From positions 2,016,001 through 2,080,000 of the forward strand of contig CP181291.1 of NCBI GenBank assembly GCA_052279835.1: DNA of 64,000 nucleotides, given 5' to 3'. This stretch comes from Microcoleus sp. (GTDB lineage: Bacteria > Cyanobacteriota > Cyanobacteriia > Cyanobacteriales > Microcoleaceae). The notes beneath the pieces were generated by a model. That model saw nothing but the letters and a program-made list of their open reading frames with translations, had not been told where the DNA came from and did not search any database. Every line of letters starts with the position of its first letter. The first letter of the stretch is position 1. This document shows, piece after piece, positions 1 through 10,365 of the stretch. Position numbers and translations under genes: made by a program.

Positions 1-251
1 CGGGTTTCTCTGAAAAATCAAAGTTTCTCAACGAGATATCTACCAAAAAAGTGGGGTTTCTGCCATTGGCGGCTGTGGTGAGTTTTAAAAATCTTAACTA
101 AAACGGGACTGGTGCAAATAATTAATCGCAAATACTGGAAACACATTCACAAAAGGACGGCTATAGCTATGTTGCAGAGATCCTGCCTCCCTATGACTCC
201 CACCACCAAGCACAGCAAAGCTATGTGGTTGAGCAATCAGGGGGAAGACAA

Positions 252-3200
252 ATGAATTCCCTAGCAAGTTCTAAGGTCAAAATTCTGATCGTTGATGACG
301 AACCAGACAATATTGAGTTGCTGTACCGCACCTTCTATCGCGATTATAAAGTGCTGAGCGCCAAATCAGGTCCTGACGCCCTCGAAATCTTGAGAAGAGA
401 GAAAGAAGTTGCCGTGATTATCTCGGATCAGCGGATGCCAAAAATGAGCGGGACTGAGTTTCTCCGCTTGACTGCTGTCGAGTATCCCGACGTGATCAGA
501 ATTATTTTAACTGGCTATACCGATGTTGAAGATTTAGTTGAAGCTATTAATGCGGGCAAAGTATTCAAATACGTTACTAAGCCTTGGGATTCCGATGACC
601 TCAAGGTTTTGGTCAGTCAAGCTGTGGATACTCACCATGTTCTGAAAAATCGCACTAATGAACTGCGACGGGCACTACAGCAAGAATCACTGCTTTATGC
701 CGTTACCAATAGTATCCGATCGGCCCTCAATTACCAGCAAATGCTGCAAAGAATTGTGGAAACCGTAGGTGAAATGTTTCAGGTGAGTTGCTGCTTGTTA
801 CGTCCCTTCCAAGACGGTAGAGTGGCTGATGAATGGTTCGTTTATCCACACCAGGAAACTCCTGATTTGCCATCATCGGAGGCTGTCGCCATACCCCTAG
901 ATGCCCCGGGTGCTAGACTTTCTGTAGATTTACTACCGCTGTTGGTGTGGGAAACTACCCAAGTAGAAGTGATTCAAGATGCTCAAACCGACGATCGCAT
1001 TTTACACGCAGGAAATGACCAGCGACGACTTGCTTACCAAGCAGCCAACATCCGATCGAGCTTAATCGTACCTCTGTTCTACCAAAACGAACTCATGGCA
1101 GTTTTAGCGCTGCACTCCTTCGAGCACCCCCGCCCGTGGGAAGAACACGAGATCAACTTAGTCAATACAGTAGCAGACCAAGCAGCCTTGGCCCTTTCTC
1201 AAGCCCGTGCTTACGAACAAGTGCGGGCGCTGGCAAAACGCGAAGCCCTAGTCAATACTATTACCACGGCAATTCGATCGAGCCTGGACCCCCAAAACAT
1301 TTTTTCAGCCATTACCCAACAACTAGGGCAAGCTCTGCAAGTAGACGGCTGCGTGCTATCCCTGTGGACAGAAGACGATGAATACGTTCAATGCGTGGGA
1401 CTTTATGACTCAAATCGGAATTTTGTAGCCGCCGAAGAGGACTTTATCGCTCCTAATTTACTCGCCAACGACATGATTAGGGATAGAGGCCGCGCCTGGA
1501 TATTTCCCCAATCTTCGCTACCCCAGTCTTTAGTGCCGATTCGAGGGAATCCGGTTTTGCAAAACATTATGATCTCGAAAGAACCGGTGGCGATTTCAGA
1601 TCTCAACGAACGTCCTGACATGAATGTTACAGAACTACAACTGCGATCGCCAGCCCGCGCCCTTCTGGTAGTCCCCTTGCTTTCCGATGGTAAAATCATC
1701 GGCAGCATCTCCCTACGACAAAACAACAACACCAGGCGCTGGCTAGCCTCGGACATTGATCTGGCTCAAATAGTAGCAACTCAAGCAGCTTTAGCCGTAC
1801 AGCAGTCCCGCCTCTACCAAACTACCAGACAGCAAGCCGAACGTCTCCTGGAAGCCGATCGACTCAAAACCGAGTTTTTCCAAAATATCTCTCACGAATT
1901 CCGTACACCTCTAACCCTCACCATTGGTCCCCTGGAATCAGTTTGCAGTCGCCAAGAAGACTTACCCTACGAACAAGCAGCCATTGCACTTCGCAATTCC
2001 CGTCGCCTGTTGCGCTTAGTAAATCAACTACTAGATTTGCAGCGACTGGATGCTGGACGAATGCAGCCGAGTTTTCGCCCCTGCGACTTAGTAGGTTTCT
2101 GTTACTCTACCGCCGAATCATTTCGCCCCTATTGCGAGAAAAAAAACATCAACTTAATTACTCAATTGCAAGAGTGTCCGTTGCTCTATTTAGATATTGA
2201 AAGATTTGATAAAGTTATTTATAACCTACTATCAAATGCTGTCAAATTTACCCCCGAAGGTGGAAATATAACCCTGACAGTTGCATCGGCAGGTTCTCAC
2301 TGTTTGCTGCAAGTAAAAGATACCGGGATCGGCATCCGCACCGAACAAATTCCCTATTTATTCGAGCGTTTTCGTCAGGCAGAAGGTTCCGCCAGCCGTT
2401 CCTACGAAGGAAGTGGCTTAGGCTTGGCATTGGTCAAAGAATTAGTGGAAATGCACGGTGGTCAAATCTCCGTAGAATCTGTTTATGGTGAAGGCTCTAC
2501 TTTTACAGTTTGGCTCCACTTCGGCTCCACCCATTTGCCCCCTGAACAAGTGCTGGAAATACCAACAGAATTTCACTCATCAAAAGCAACGGTGGAATTG
2601 GCAGATGTAGAAGGTGATTTGTCTGATGCTGAAATCACCAACGAGAATGTGGAAACCCTCCAATCCGTAAGCTCAGAAACAGCAGTTGGCACAGTTTTGG
2701 TAGTTGATGATAATCCTGATTTACGCTTTTATGTATCGGGAATTTTGCGAGATTCAGGCTTTTCGGTTTTGCTTGCCCGTAACGGTGAGGAGGGATTTGC
2801 AGTAGCGAAAAAACGTCGCCCTGATTTGATTGTTACAGATTTGATGATGCCCTTAGTGTCGGGCTTAGATTTGATTCGGATGATTAGAGAAGATCGAGAG
2901 TTAAAAGGTACTCCTGCTATTTTATTGACTGCTAAAGCCGATGAAGACACTCGAATTGAAGGAGTAGAACGGGGAGCTGATGCTTATTTGTCCAAGCCTT
3001 TTAACGACAGGGAATTATTGGCAGAAGTGCGAAATTTGCTGGCTCTCAAGGAGAACGAGCGCCGTGTCCAGCAGTTGAATACCTATTTAACTGAGTCGGT
3101 ACTGCGCCGCTTTTTGCCGCCGGCAATGGTGAAAGCGGCTGCGGCGGGAGATTTGGCGCTGAATTTGCGCCCGGAACCGCGATTAATCACGATTTTATTT

Positions 3201-3752
3201 AGCGATATTGTGGGTTTTACTGCCCTCTCCAATACATTGCGATCGCGCCGAGTAGCGGAGTTGTTGAATCAATATTTAGCCGCCATGACTAAAGCGATTT
3301 TTGATAGTGGTGGTACGGTAGATAAGTTTGTGGGAGATGCGGTAATGGCAATATTTGGAGCGCCGGAAGAACTCAACCCCAATGAACAAGTGCGGCGTGC
3401 TGTGGAGGCTGCAAGGAAAATGTTGCGAGCTCTGAATGAGCTTAACCAAAGTTGGATTGAACAGGGTATTGTTGGGGAGAATGGGGTGCCACCTGTGCGT
3501 TTTCGCTGTGGAATTCATCAGGGTACTGCGGTGGTGGGGATGTTTGGCTGCGAGGAGCGATCGGACTATACTGCGATCGGACCGAGTGTGAATATTGCCG
3601 CTCGACTGCAAGAAGCGGCCGAACCCAATAGTGTCTTAATTTCCGCAGCGGTGGCCGATTATGTTGATGAGGAGAGAATTATTAAATATAAGCCACTGCA
3701 ATTGAAGGGAATTGATGAAACGGTGTTGACTTTTGTACTCAAGTGTGATTGA
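252..3752 (+). CDS. cyaC: Multidomain adenylate cyclase (REC-GAF-GAF-HisKA-HATPase-REC-class III cyclase), CyaC type
   Basis: N-terminal receiver (ILIVDDE, ISDQRMP); two GAF domains; H-box ISHEFRTPL; NLLSNAVKFT/GLGL ATPase motifs; second receiver; cyclase motifs FSDIVGFT, DKFVGDAVM, NIAARLQ. ATG at 252 preferred over GTG at 225. Confidence 0.93.
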   Translation: MNSLASSKVKILIVDDEPDNIELLYRTFYRDYKVLSAKSGPDALEILRREKEVAVIISDQRMPKMSGTEFLRLTAVEYPDVIRIILTGYTDVEDLVEAINAGKVFKYVTKPWDSDDLKVLVSQAVDTHHVLKNRTNELRRALQQESLLYAVTNSIRSALNYQQMLQRIVETVGEMFQVSCCLLRPFQDGRVADEWFVYPHQETPDLPSSEAVAIPLDAPGARLSVDLLPLLVWETTQVEVIQDAQTDDRILHAGNDQRRLAYQAANIRSSLIVPLFYQNELMAVLALHSFEHPRPWEEHEINLVNTVADQAALALSQARAYEQVRALAKREALVNTITTAIRSSLDPQNIFSAITQQLGQALQVDGCVLSLWTEDDEYVQCVGLYDSNRNFVAAEEDFIAPNLLANDMIRDRGRAWIFPQSSLPQSLVPIRGNPVLQNIMISKEPVAISDLNERPDMNVTELQLRSPARALLVVPLLSDGKIIGSISLRQNNNTRRWLASDIDLAQIVATQAALAVQQSRLYQTTRQQAERLLEADRLKTEFFQNISHEFRTPLTLTIGPLESVCSRQEDLPYEQAAIALRNSRRLLRLVNQLLDLQRLDAGRMQPSFRPCDLVGFCYSTAESFRPYCEKKNINLITQLQECPLLYLDIERFDKVIYNLLSNAVKFTPEGGNITLTVASAGSHCLLQVKDTGIGIRTEQIPYLFERFRQAEGSASRSYEGSGLGLALVKELVEMHGGQISVESVYGEGSTFTVWLHFGSTHLPPEQVLEIPTEFHSSKATVELADVEGDLSDAEITNENVETLQSVSSETAVGTVLVVDDNPDLRFYVSGILRDSGFSVLLARNGEEGFAVAKKRRPDLIVTDLMMPLVSGLDLIRMIREDRELKGTPAILLTAKADEDTRIEGVERGADAYLSKPFNDRELLAEVRNLLALKENERRVQQLNTYLTESVLRRFLPPAMVKAAAAGDLALNLRPEPRLITILFSDIVGFTALSNTLRSRRVAELLNQYLAAMTKAIFDSGGTVDKFVGDAVMAIFGAPEELNPNEQVRRAVEAARKMLRALNELNQSWIEQGIVGENGVPPVRFRCGIHQGTAVVGMFGCEERSDYTAIGPSVNIAARLQEAAEPNSVLISAAVADYVDEERIIKYKPLQLKGIDETVLTFVLKCD

Positions 3753-3849
3753 GTTGGGCCGCAACCCAAATAATTTCCGATGGGTTAACGGCAGTTGACA
3801 AAATATCTATATTTACCTATATTTTAAACAGGTAATTCAAGGGTTAGCA

Positions 3850-4446
3850 GTGGACAGACTAATTAGTATAGGCGAACTAGCGGAACTCAAAGCCGTAAGT
3901 GTAGATACCATCAGGCGTTGGGAAAGCGAAGGAAAAATTAAATCAGTTAGAACCAGTGGCGGACACAGGCGGTACAGGTTAGCTGACTTTGTAGAGCAAA
4001 AGCTAGGTAAAACTCTTGCTTACGCCCGTGTTTCATCCCAAGATCAGAAAGACGCTCTTGATAGACAAGACGCGGTATTGTCTGGTTACTGTCAATCTAA
4101 TGGTTGGAATTACGAGGTGATTAGAGACTTAGGCAGTGGTATGAATTATCGCAAAAAAGGTTTAAATAAACTACTCACAGCTATTTTAGATGGTGATGTA
4201 GCGCGTCTTGTAATCACCCACAAAGATCGGTTACTTCGGTTCGGGTCTGAACTTATTTTTGCTGTCTGTGAGTACCACGATATTGAGGTAATCATACTAA
4301 ACAAAAAAGAGGATGCAACCTTTGAAGAGGATTTGGCATCGGATGTTCTGGAAATTATCACAGTCTTTTCTGCCAGACTCTACGGCTCTGGCTCAAATAA
4401 GAATAAAAAACTGTTAGAAAAGCTTGCAGAAGCTACGCAATTGTGA
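3850..4446 (+). CDS. tnpA: IS607-family TnpA serine recombinase (MerR-like HTH + resolvase)
   Basis: TIRRWESEGKI...GGHRRY HTH, catalytic YARVSS, DLGSGMN, DRLLRFG, FSARLYG motifs. Confidence 0.93.
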   Translation: MDRLISIGELAELKAVSVDTIRRWESEGKIKSVRTSGGHRRYRLADFVEQKLGKTLAYARVSSQDQKDALDRQDAVLSGYCQSNGWNYEVIRDLGSGMNYRKKGLNKLLTAILDGDVARLVITHKDRLLRFGSELIFAVCEYHDIEVIILNKKEDATFEEDLASDVLEIITVFSARLYGSGSNKNKKLLEKLAEATQL

Positions 4447-4486
4447 TGGAATGTAAAAATAAAGTAAGATTGTAAGAGTCAACTTT

Positions 4487-4788
4487 ATGATGTCAGGATA
4501 AGAGTTTAACAAGTCATACGGTAACACGCACCTACAAAAAACTTACGGTATTAATAAACGTCATGCTAATGGTGTAATCTCATCGGCTAAAGGTGCTGTT
4601 GATAGGTGGCATTCTTGTCGGTGCGGAGAGTCTTTAGATCGAGACGAAAACTCGGCTAAACTTATCAAAAAGATTGGCCTGAGTCATGAAAGTGGCGGGG
4701 GAACTCCGTCACTCAAAAAAGCCCTTGCACAAAGGGAAATAGAAGCCTGCGGTCTAGCGGTACTCCGCTGACCGTCAGGTTCGTTCAC
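4487..4788 (+). pseudogene. tnpB: Collapsed tnpB remnant plus transposon right end
   Basis: Reading ...NTHLQKTYGINKRHANGVISSAKGAVD-RWHSCRCGESLDRDENSAKLIKK... joins an N-terminal-like segment directly to the Zn-finger/RuvC-III (DRDxN) tail; ends in hairpin + GTTCAC like the element end at 63088-63138. Confidence 0.75.
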
Positions 4789-6044
4789 AAGCCGTATTTA
4801 TGGGAGATAGGATCGGAGGCAGGCCCGACAGCATCGATCGCAGCCTCAAGAGCGATCGACACATGAGTCCAATGAGTCCCCCCTTGACAAAAAGCTATAT
4901 AGGGTTCCCGCAGTGGCCCATCAGCCGAAAACTCCGACGTACTCCCATCAATAAAAGTACCCCCAGCCATCACCAACTTACTTTCATAGCCGTGCATGGG
5001 AGCAGGCACCGGATCTAAATAGGAACCAACGGGGGAATTTTGTTGAACAGCTCGACAAAAAGCAATTAACTTATCAGCACAACCAAATTCGATCGCCTGA
5101 ATCACATCTCGTCTTTTGGCCAAAGGAATCGGATTCACCCGATAACCCAACTTATAAAAAACATAAGCCGTCAAATGATTTCCCTTGATCGCCTCACCCA
5201 CCAACCCAGGCGCTAAAAACAAACCCTGAAACAGCAAGCGATTTAAATCAAAAGTTGCACCGCCACTACTGCCAATTCCAGGGGCCGTCAAGCGACAAGT
5301 TGCAGCCTCCACTAAATCTGCCCTCCCGGCGACGTAACCCCCCGCAGGGACGATCGTACCCCCCGGATTTTTAATCAAAGAACCAGCCATCAGATCCGCA
5401 CCAACAGCAGTCGGTTCACAATCCTCAACAAATTCTCCGTAACAATTATCAACAAAGCAAATTGTGTTAGGATTCTGATGTTTGACTATGGCGACGATTT
5501 TTTGAATCTCAGAAATAGACAGACTAGACCGCCAAGAATAACCGCAAGAGCGCTGGATAAAAACCAGGCGAGTTTTTGCTGAAATAGCACAGCTCAGTCC
5601 CTGCCAATCCACACTTCCTTCGCGAGTTAGAGGCAACTGACGGTAAAGAATGCCAAACTCAATCAGTGAACCTTGACCTTGCCCCCGCAGGCCGATGACT
5701 TCTTCTAAAGTATCGTAGGGAGACCCAGCCACTGCCAACATTTCGTCACCAGGACGCAGGATGCCAAACAGAGCACAGGCGATGGCGTGAGTACCCGAAA
5801 CAAACTGTACTCGCACCGCCGCCGCTTCTGCACCAACTACTTCGGCAAACACGCCGTCCAACGTCTCCCGACCCAAATCGTCGTGACCGTAACCCGTAAC
5901 TCCTGCAAAATGGTGGACTCCAACCCGGTGGCCCCGAAAAGCTTTTAAGACTCGTTGAAGATTTTGCTTGACTGTCGCGTCAATACCAGAAAAAATCTGA
6001 AGGAGTGCCTGTTCTGCTTCCTGTAGCCGTGAAACGCTATTCAT
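4785..6044 (-). CDS. Methionine gamma-lyase family / aluminium-resistance (YnbB-like) PLP enzyme
   Basis: TGYGHDDLGRE, FVSGTHAI, FVDNCYGEF, GSLIKNPGG (PLP lysine), ADGPLREPY motifs. Confidence 0.88.
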   Translation of the reverse strand: MNSVSRLQEAEQALLQIFSGIDATVKQNLQRVLKAFRGHRVGVHHFAGVTGYGHDDLGRETLDGVFAEVVGAEAAAVRVQFVSGTHAIACALFGILRPGDEMLAVAGSPYDTLEEVIGLRGQGQGSLIEFGILYRQLPLTREGSVDWQGLSCAISAKTRLVFIQRSCGYSWRSSLSISEIQKIVAIVKHQNPNTICFVDNCYGEFVEDCEPTAVGADLMAGSLIKNPGGTIVPAGGYVAGRADLVEAATCRLTAPGIGSSGGATFDLNRLLFQGLFLAPGLVGEAIKGNHLTAYVFYKLGYRVNPIPLAKRRDVIQAIEFGCADKLIAFCRAVQQNSPVGSYLDPVPAPMHGYESKLVMAGGTFIDGSTSEFSADGPLREPYIAFCQGGTHWTHVSIALEAAIDAVGPASDPISHKYGL

Positions 6045-6124
6045 CTATACCTCGCTCACCATTTGTGTGCGCGCAGCTCGTTATCGCGTAGATGCGGCCC
6101 TTAGTTTGTAAACATAATATCTTC

Positions 6125-6946
6125 ATGACGATTGCAACTTCCAAAAAAACTTCTCCTGATTGGCCTGTCATAGGCTTTATGGCCTTTTTACACATCGGCG
6201 CTTTATTTGCTTTGCTGCCGAGTAATTTTAGCTGGTCTGCGATCGGGCTAGCAGTATTCCTCCATTGGGTAACAGGTGGTTTAGGAATTACTCTCGGATT
6301 CCACCGTCTGGTTACTCATCGCAGTTTTCAAACTCCCAAATGGCTAGAATATTTCCTAGTTATTTGCGGTACTCTTTCCTGTGAAGGAGGCCCGATCGAC
6401 TGGGTAGGAATGCACCGGTTACACCACATACATTCTGACACTGAAACAGATCCCCACGACTCCAATCAAGGCTTCTGGTGGAGCCACATGGGCTGGATGC
6501 TCTCGGATCTGCCCATCAGAGTTGAAATCCCGCGCTTTACAAAAGACATTGGCGACGATCCAGTATACAAGTTTCTGCAAGCATATTTTATCCCCATCCA
6601 AATAGTCTTCGGTGTCTTGCTCTATTTATTAGGCGGCTGGTCCTTCGTGGTTTGGGGCGTGTTTATGCGGATTGTAGTGGTGTTCCACTGCACTTGGCTG
6701 GTGAACAGTGCTACCCACAAATTTGGGTATCGCACCTACGAGTCTGGCGATCGCTCCACCAACTGCTGGTGGGTGGCCGTCCTGACTTATGGCGAAGGCT
6801 GGCACAATAACCACCACGCCTTTCAATACTCGGCTCGCCACGGTCTTCAATGGTGGGAAATCGACTTAACCTGGATGACAATTCAACTGCTGCAAACACT
6901 GGGTTTGGCAACCAAAGTCAAATTAGCAGATATCGCAGAAAAGTAA
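6125..6946 (+). CDS. desC: Delta-9 acyl-lipid fatty acid desaturase (copy 1)
   Basis: His boxes HRLVTH, HRLHH, HNNHH; ATG at 6125 (MTIATS). Confidence 0.9.
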   Translation: MTIATSKKTSPDWPVIGFMAFLHIGALFALLPSNFSWSAIGLAVFLHWVTGGLGITLGFHRLVTHRSFQTPKWLEYFLVICGTLSCEGGPIDWVGMHRLHHIHSDTETDPHDSNQGFWWSHMGWMLSDLPIRVEIPRFTKDIGDDPVYKFLQAYFIPIQIVFGVLLYLLGGWSFVVWGVFMRIVVVFHCTWLVNSATHKFGYRTYESGDRSTNCWWVAVLTYGEGWHNNHHAFQYSARHGLQWWEIDLTWMTIQLLQTLGLATKVKLADIAEK

Positions 6947-7275
6947 CTGGCGATCGTAGGTAACAGGTTATTAGTCATTAGTTGCAGACTGAGGGCTAAT
7001 AACCAATTTTTTTTCAAATTTTTCAAAATAATTTAGCCGGATTCAAATCCAGCAGCAATCCCCAGACTGCTGCCACCAATCGGTAGCAGAATGTACTATC
7101 ATAGATATAAGACCTATCCCATAATTATTTTCGAGTAAGCATTCTACCCTAGTTTGCCTGAATTTTTCGCAGACATCTATGGGATAGATATTGAAGCAAA
7201 ACAATTAGGCTTTTTATCAGATTAATTGTGTAAACTTCCCCAAATCTCAACAATATATACTCTAGATTCCTCATC

Positions 7276-7419
7276 TATAGCTTTTCTCAGTTAAGTGAGG
7301 TAGAGGTTAATGGGTAATGGGGCATGGGGAACCCCCCCCTGGGGGGGAAGGGTATAGGGCATTACCTATTACCTATTACCTATTCTCGATCTTACCTCAT
7401 CTTTCTGAGAAAGGCTATA
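7276..7419. mobile_element. MITE with ends of the IS630 element at 26850-28099
   Basis: Ends TATAGCTTTTCTCAG.../...CTGAGAAAGGCTATA match the IS630 terminal inverted repeats; interior has an (ATTACCT)n tract and a C/G palindrome. Confidence 0.75.
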
Positions 7420-7522
7420 TAGCATTTGATAATTCATGTTTGATTAGCTTGGGTTTATTAACCTCTATCTAACCTAGTTTATATGAATTTTACTCAATTT
7501 AAAACATCAAATCTGAAACCGA

Positions 7523-8338
7523 ATGACAATAGCAACACAAGACAAACTCGAATACAATTGGGTGCATATTATTAGTTTAGCCGGAGTTCACATTGGCGCT
7601 TTGTTCGCCCTACTTCCTGCTAACTTCAACTGGACAGCAGTGGGTTTAACAGTATTTATGCACTGGATAACAGGCGGTTTAGGAATCACCCTCGGATGGC
7701 ATCGCCTCCTGACTCACCGCAGCTTTCAGACACCCAAATTTGTAGAATATTTTCTAGCTTTTTGCGGTGCTCTAGCTTGTCAAGGAGGAATAATTCATTG
7801 GGTTGGCTTGCATCGCTTGCACCACACCCACTCCGACCAAAATAATATCGACCCTCATAATGCTCAGCAAGGTTTTTGGTGGAGTCATCTAGGTTGGATG
7901 TTTTATAAAGGCCCCGCCCACGATGAAATTCCCCGCTGCACCAAAGACATTGCTAGCGACCCATTTTATCAGTTTTTACAAAACTACTTTTTGCCAATTC
8001 AAATCGCCTTTGGCATCTTGCTTTACTTAGCAGGAGGCTGGCCTTTTGTAGTTTGGGGAATATTTGTGCGCTTAGTTTTCGTGTATCACTGCACATGGTT
8101 TGTCAACAGCGCTACTCACAAATTTGGCTACCGCACCTACGAAACCAAGGATAGTTCTACTAACTGTTGGTGGGTTGCTGTCCTGACTTATGGTGAAGGC
8201 TGGCACAATAACCACCATGCTTATCAATATTCTGCTCGTCACGGGATGGAATGGTGGGAAATTGACTTTACTTGGATGACAATTCAAGTGATGGAAGCAC
8301 TAGGTTTGGCAAGCAAGGTGAAATTACCAGCCAAGTAG
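7523..8338 (+). CDS. desC: Delta-9 acyl-lipid fatty acid desaturase (copy 2)
   Basis: His boxes HRLLTH, HRLHH, HNNHH; clear paralog of 6125-6946. Confidence 0.9.
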   Translation: MTIATQDKLEYNWVHIISLAGVHIGALFALLPANFNWTAVGLTVFMHWITGGLGITLGWHRLLTHRSFQTPKFVEYFLAFCGALACQGGIIHWVGLHRLHHTHSDQNNIDPHNAQQGFWWSHLGWMFYKGPAHDEIPRCTKDIASDPFYQFLQNYFLPIQIAFGILLYLAGGWPFVVWGIFVRLVFVYHCTWFVNSATHKFGYRTYETKDSSTNCWWVAVLTYGEGWHNNHHAYQYSARHGMEWWEIDFTWMTIQVMEALGLASKVKLPAK

Positions 8339-8354
8339 CACTAATTGAGCTATT

Positions 8355-8612
8355 GTAGGGTGCGTCAGGTGTGACTGTGACTATACGCAGATTAAGAATT
8401 TTTCTCCTGACGCACCTTACGGTTAGTTAGCACTCCCCTTAGTAACGTCGTTGCTCGCGGTCTTCAATCCGTGTTGCGAACTTTTAAAACTTCTAGGAAA
8501 ACCGATCCTTAATGCAGATTAACGCAGATATTTTCTCCACGCTATCAAGTGCGTCGCTGTAAGATTGTCGATATTGAGTTAGAAATTTTCTGTGGCGACG
8601 CACCCTACGACT
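8355..8612. repeat. GTAG-type REP/REPIN-like palindromes (GTAGGGTGCGTC...GACGCACCCTAC)
   Basis: Inverted pairs at ~8355-8420 and ~8548-8610; near-identical copy at ~10675-10745; relatives at ~57708-57878 and ~60524-60590. Confidence 0.7.
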
Positions 8613-8654
8613 TATAGGGAAATAGCAGATTAATAGCGGATTAACCCAGATATT

Positions 8655-8809
8655 AGACCTATTGCAAAAAAAATCTATGTTACAATTAAAGGTTTTGAGT
8701 TTTAGACCTGAGAGCTAACTCATAATTGTAAAGTGCTGATATAACCTGCAATCTGCTCCACTTAAGCCAAACCCTTCATTGTAGCATAAAATTATTTTGC
8801 AAGAGGTCT
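8655..8809. mobile_element. 155-bp MITE, copy 1
   Basis: Terminal inverted repeats AGACCTATTGCAAAA / TTTTGCAAGAGGTCT, flanked by ATT on both sides; two differences seen versus copy 2. Confidence 0.85.
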
Positions 8810-9186
8810 ATTAAATTTAACTGCTCTACGGGAGCTTGAGGCATAATTGGCGGCATTGCTTCCGCAACTCCCATGCAATCCTTAACTGCACTTGCCAAAG
8901 CCGCGATCGGATCGGACAATTCCAAAGCTACTCATTTTGGATCTATACTTCTGGAGCGATCGTGATTCAGCACTTACTGGATCTAGTTTGCGTCTAGTTT
9001 GCACTGAGGGCGATCGACTGTGTTTAAAAGTTAAAACTAGCCATGCCTAAACTACTCAATTACCTCAGTATTTTTCTTATTATTTGCTTGCTGCTAATTC
9101 AGGACTTACGCAGACACACTATATGTAGTGTGCAGACAACTACGTTAGCGAAGCACTCGTTGCAGGATCGCACCCACTTGACGATT

Positions 9187-9263
9187 AGGGCGATCGACAG
9201 ATCAAGGGCGATCGACAGATCAAGGGCGATCGACAGATCAAGGGCGATCGACAGATCAAGGGC
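9187..9263 (+). repeat. Four 18-bp tandem repeats AGGGCGATCGACAGATCA
   Basis: Directly visible; CGATCG (HIP1-like) core; lies in the IS701 leader. Confidence 0.95.
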
Positions 9264-9351
9264 TCAGGTATTTTTGGTATCTTTCAAAATGTTAAATACG
9301 AGGTAATCAGAGCTAAAATAAGTAATTAACCATTGAAGGCAATGTGTAAAT

Positions 9352-10365
9352 ATGTCATTCAACCATTTGGATTATTGCCAATATTTACTTAGTAGTCAAA
9401 CCAATTACACCTTGACAAATTTAGCAGACCATCTGCAACAATTCAGCCATGATACTATCAATCGTTATCTCAAGAAATCAGAATTGACCCCTAGTTTATT
9501 GTGGCAGAATATTCAACGAGACATCCAAAAAAGTGATGAGGCTTGTGTAGTATTTGACGACACAATTTTAGATAAAAGGTTTGGACAAAAAATTGAATTA
9601 GTTCGTCGTCAATATAGTGGTACAGAACACAGAGTTTTACCCGGAATAGGATTGATTAATTGTGTGTATATCAATAGGAAAATCAACCAATTCTGGGTAA
9701 TAAATTACCGAATTTATGAGCCATTGGGAGATGGCAAAAGCAAGCTAGAACACGTTGCTGATATGATAGATGATTTGGTAAATTGCAAACAACTGCCTTT
9801 TGCCAAAGTCTTGATGGATAGCTGGTATGCGTGTCAAAAACTGATGGCAATGATTGATAATTTAGGAAAAATTTATTATTGCCCTTTAAAAAAGAATCGG
9901 TTGGTAGATGATACAAGGGGAGTAGAAAAATATAAACAAATTGAAAAAGTGCAGTGGACAGAATCGGAACTCCTGTCAGGAAAACTGATCAAAATCAAAA
10001 ACTTTCCTGCCGATAAAAAAGTGAAACTTTTCCGCGTCACTGTTTCTGCCAACAGGACGGAATATGTAGTAACTAATGACTTAAATCAAAATGACATAAC
10101 AGATGTCAGGAAAATTTGTAGTCAACGCTGGAAAATCGAATAATTTCATCGTGAGCTCAAACAATTAACAGGTATTGAATCTTGTCAGTGCCGTAAAGCC
10201 AGGATTCAAAGGAATCATATTACCTGTGCAATTTTAGTATGGACATTTCTCAAAAAAACAGCGCGTTCTATGGGAAAAACCATCTATCAATTAAAGAGTG
10301 AATTACTGTCAGACTATCTCAAAAAGGAACTGAAATACCCAGCAATACGTTTAGCACTTGTTTGA
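9352..10365 (+). pseudogene. IS701-family DDE transposase with in-frame stop
   Basis: VFDDTILDK and LMDSWY motifs; RWKIE*FHRELKQLTGIESCQCRK continues in frame after TAA at 10141-10143 to TGA at 10363-10365. Confidence 0.88.

Noticed and set aside
8812..9040. Possible gene fragment in the MITE-bounded cargo (minus strand VALELSDPIAALASAVKDCMG...)
   Set aside because: No start, length or motif support to assign it
9043..9306. 87-aa ORF with RAIDRS repeats
   Set aside because: Crosses the IS701 end and its tandem repeat; likely spurious
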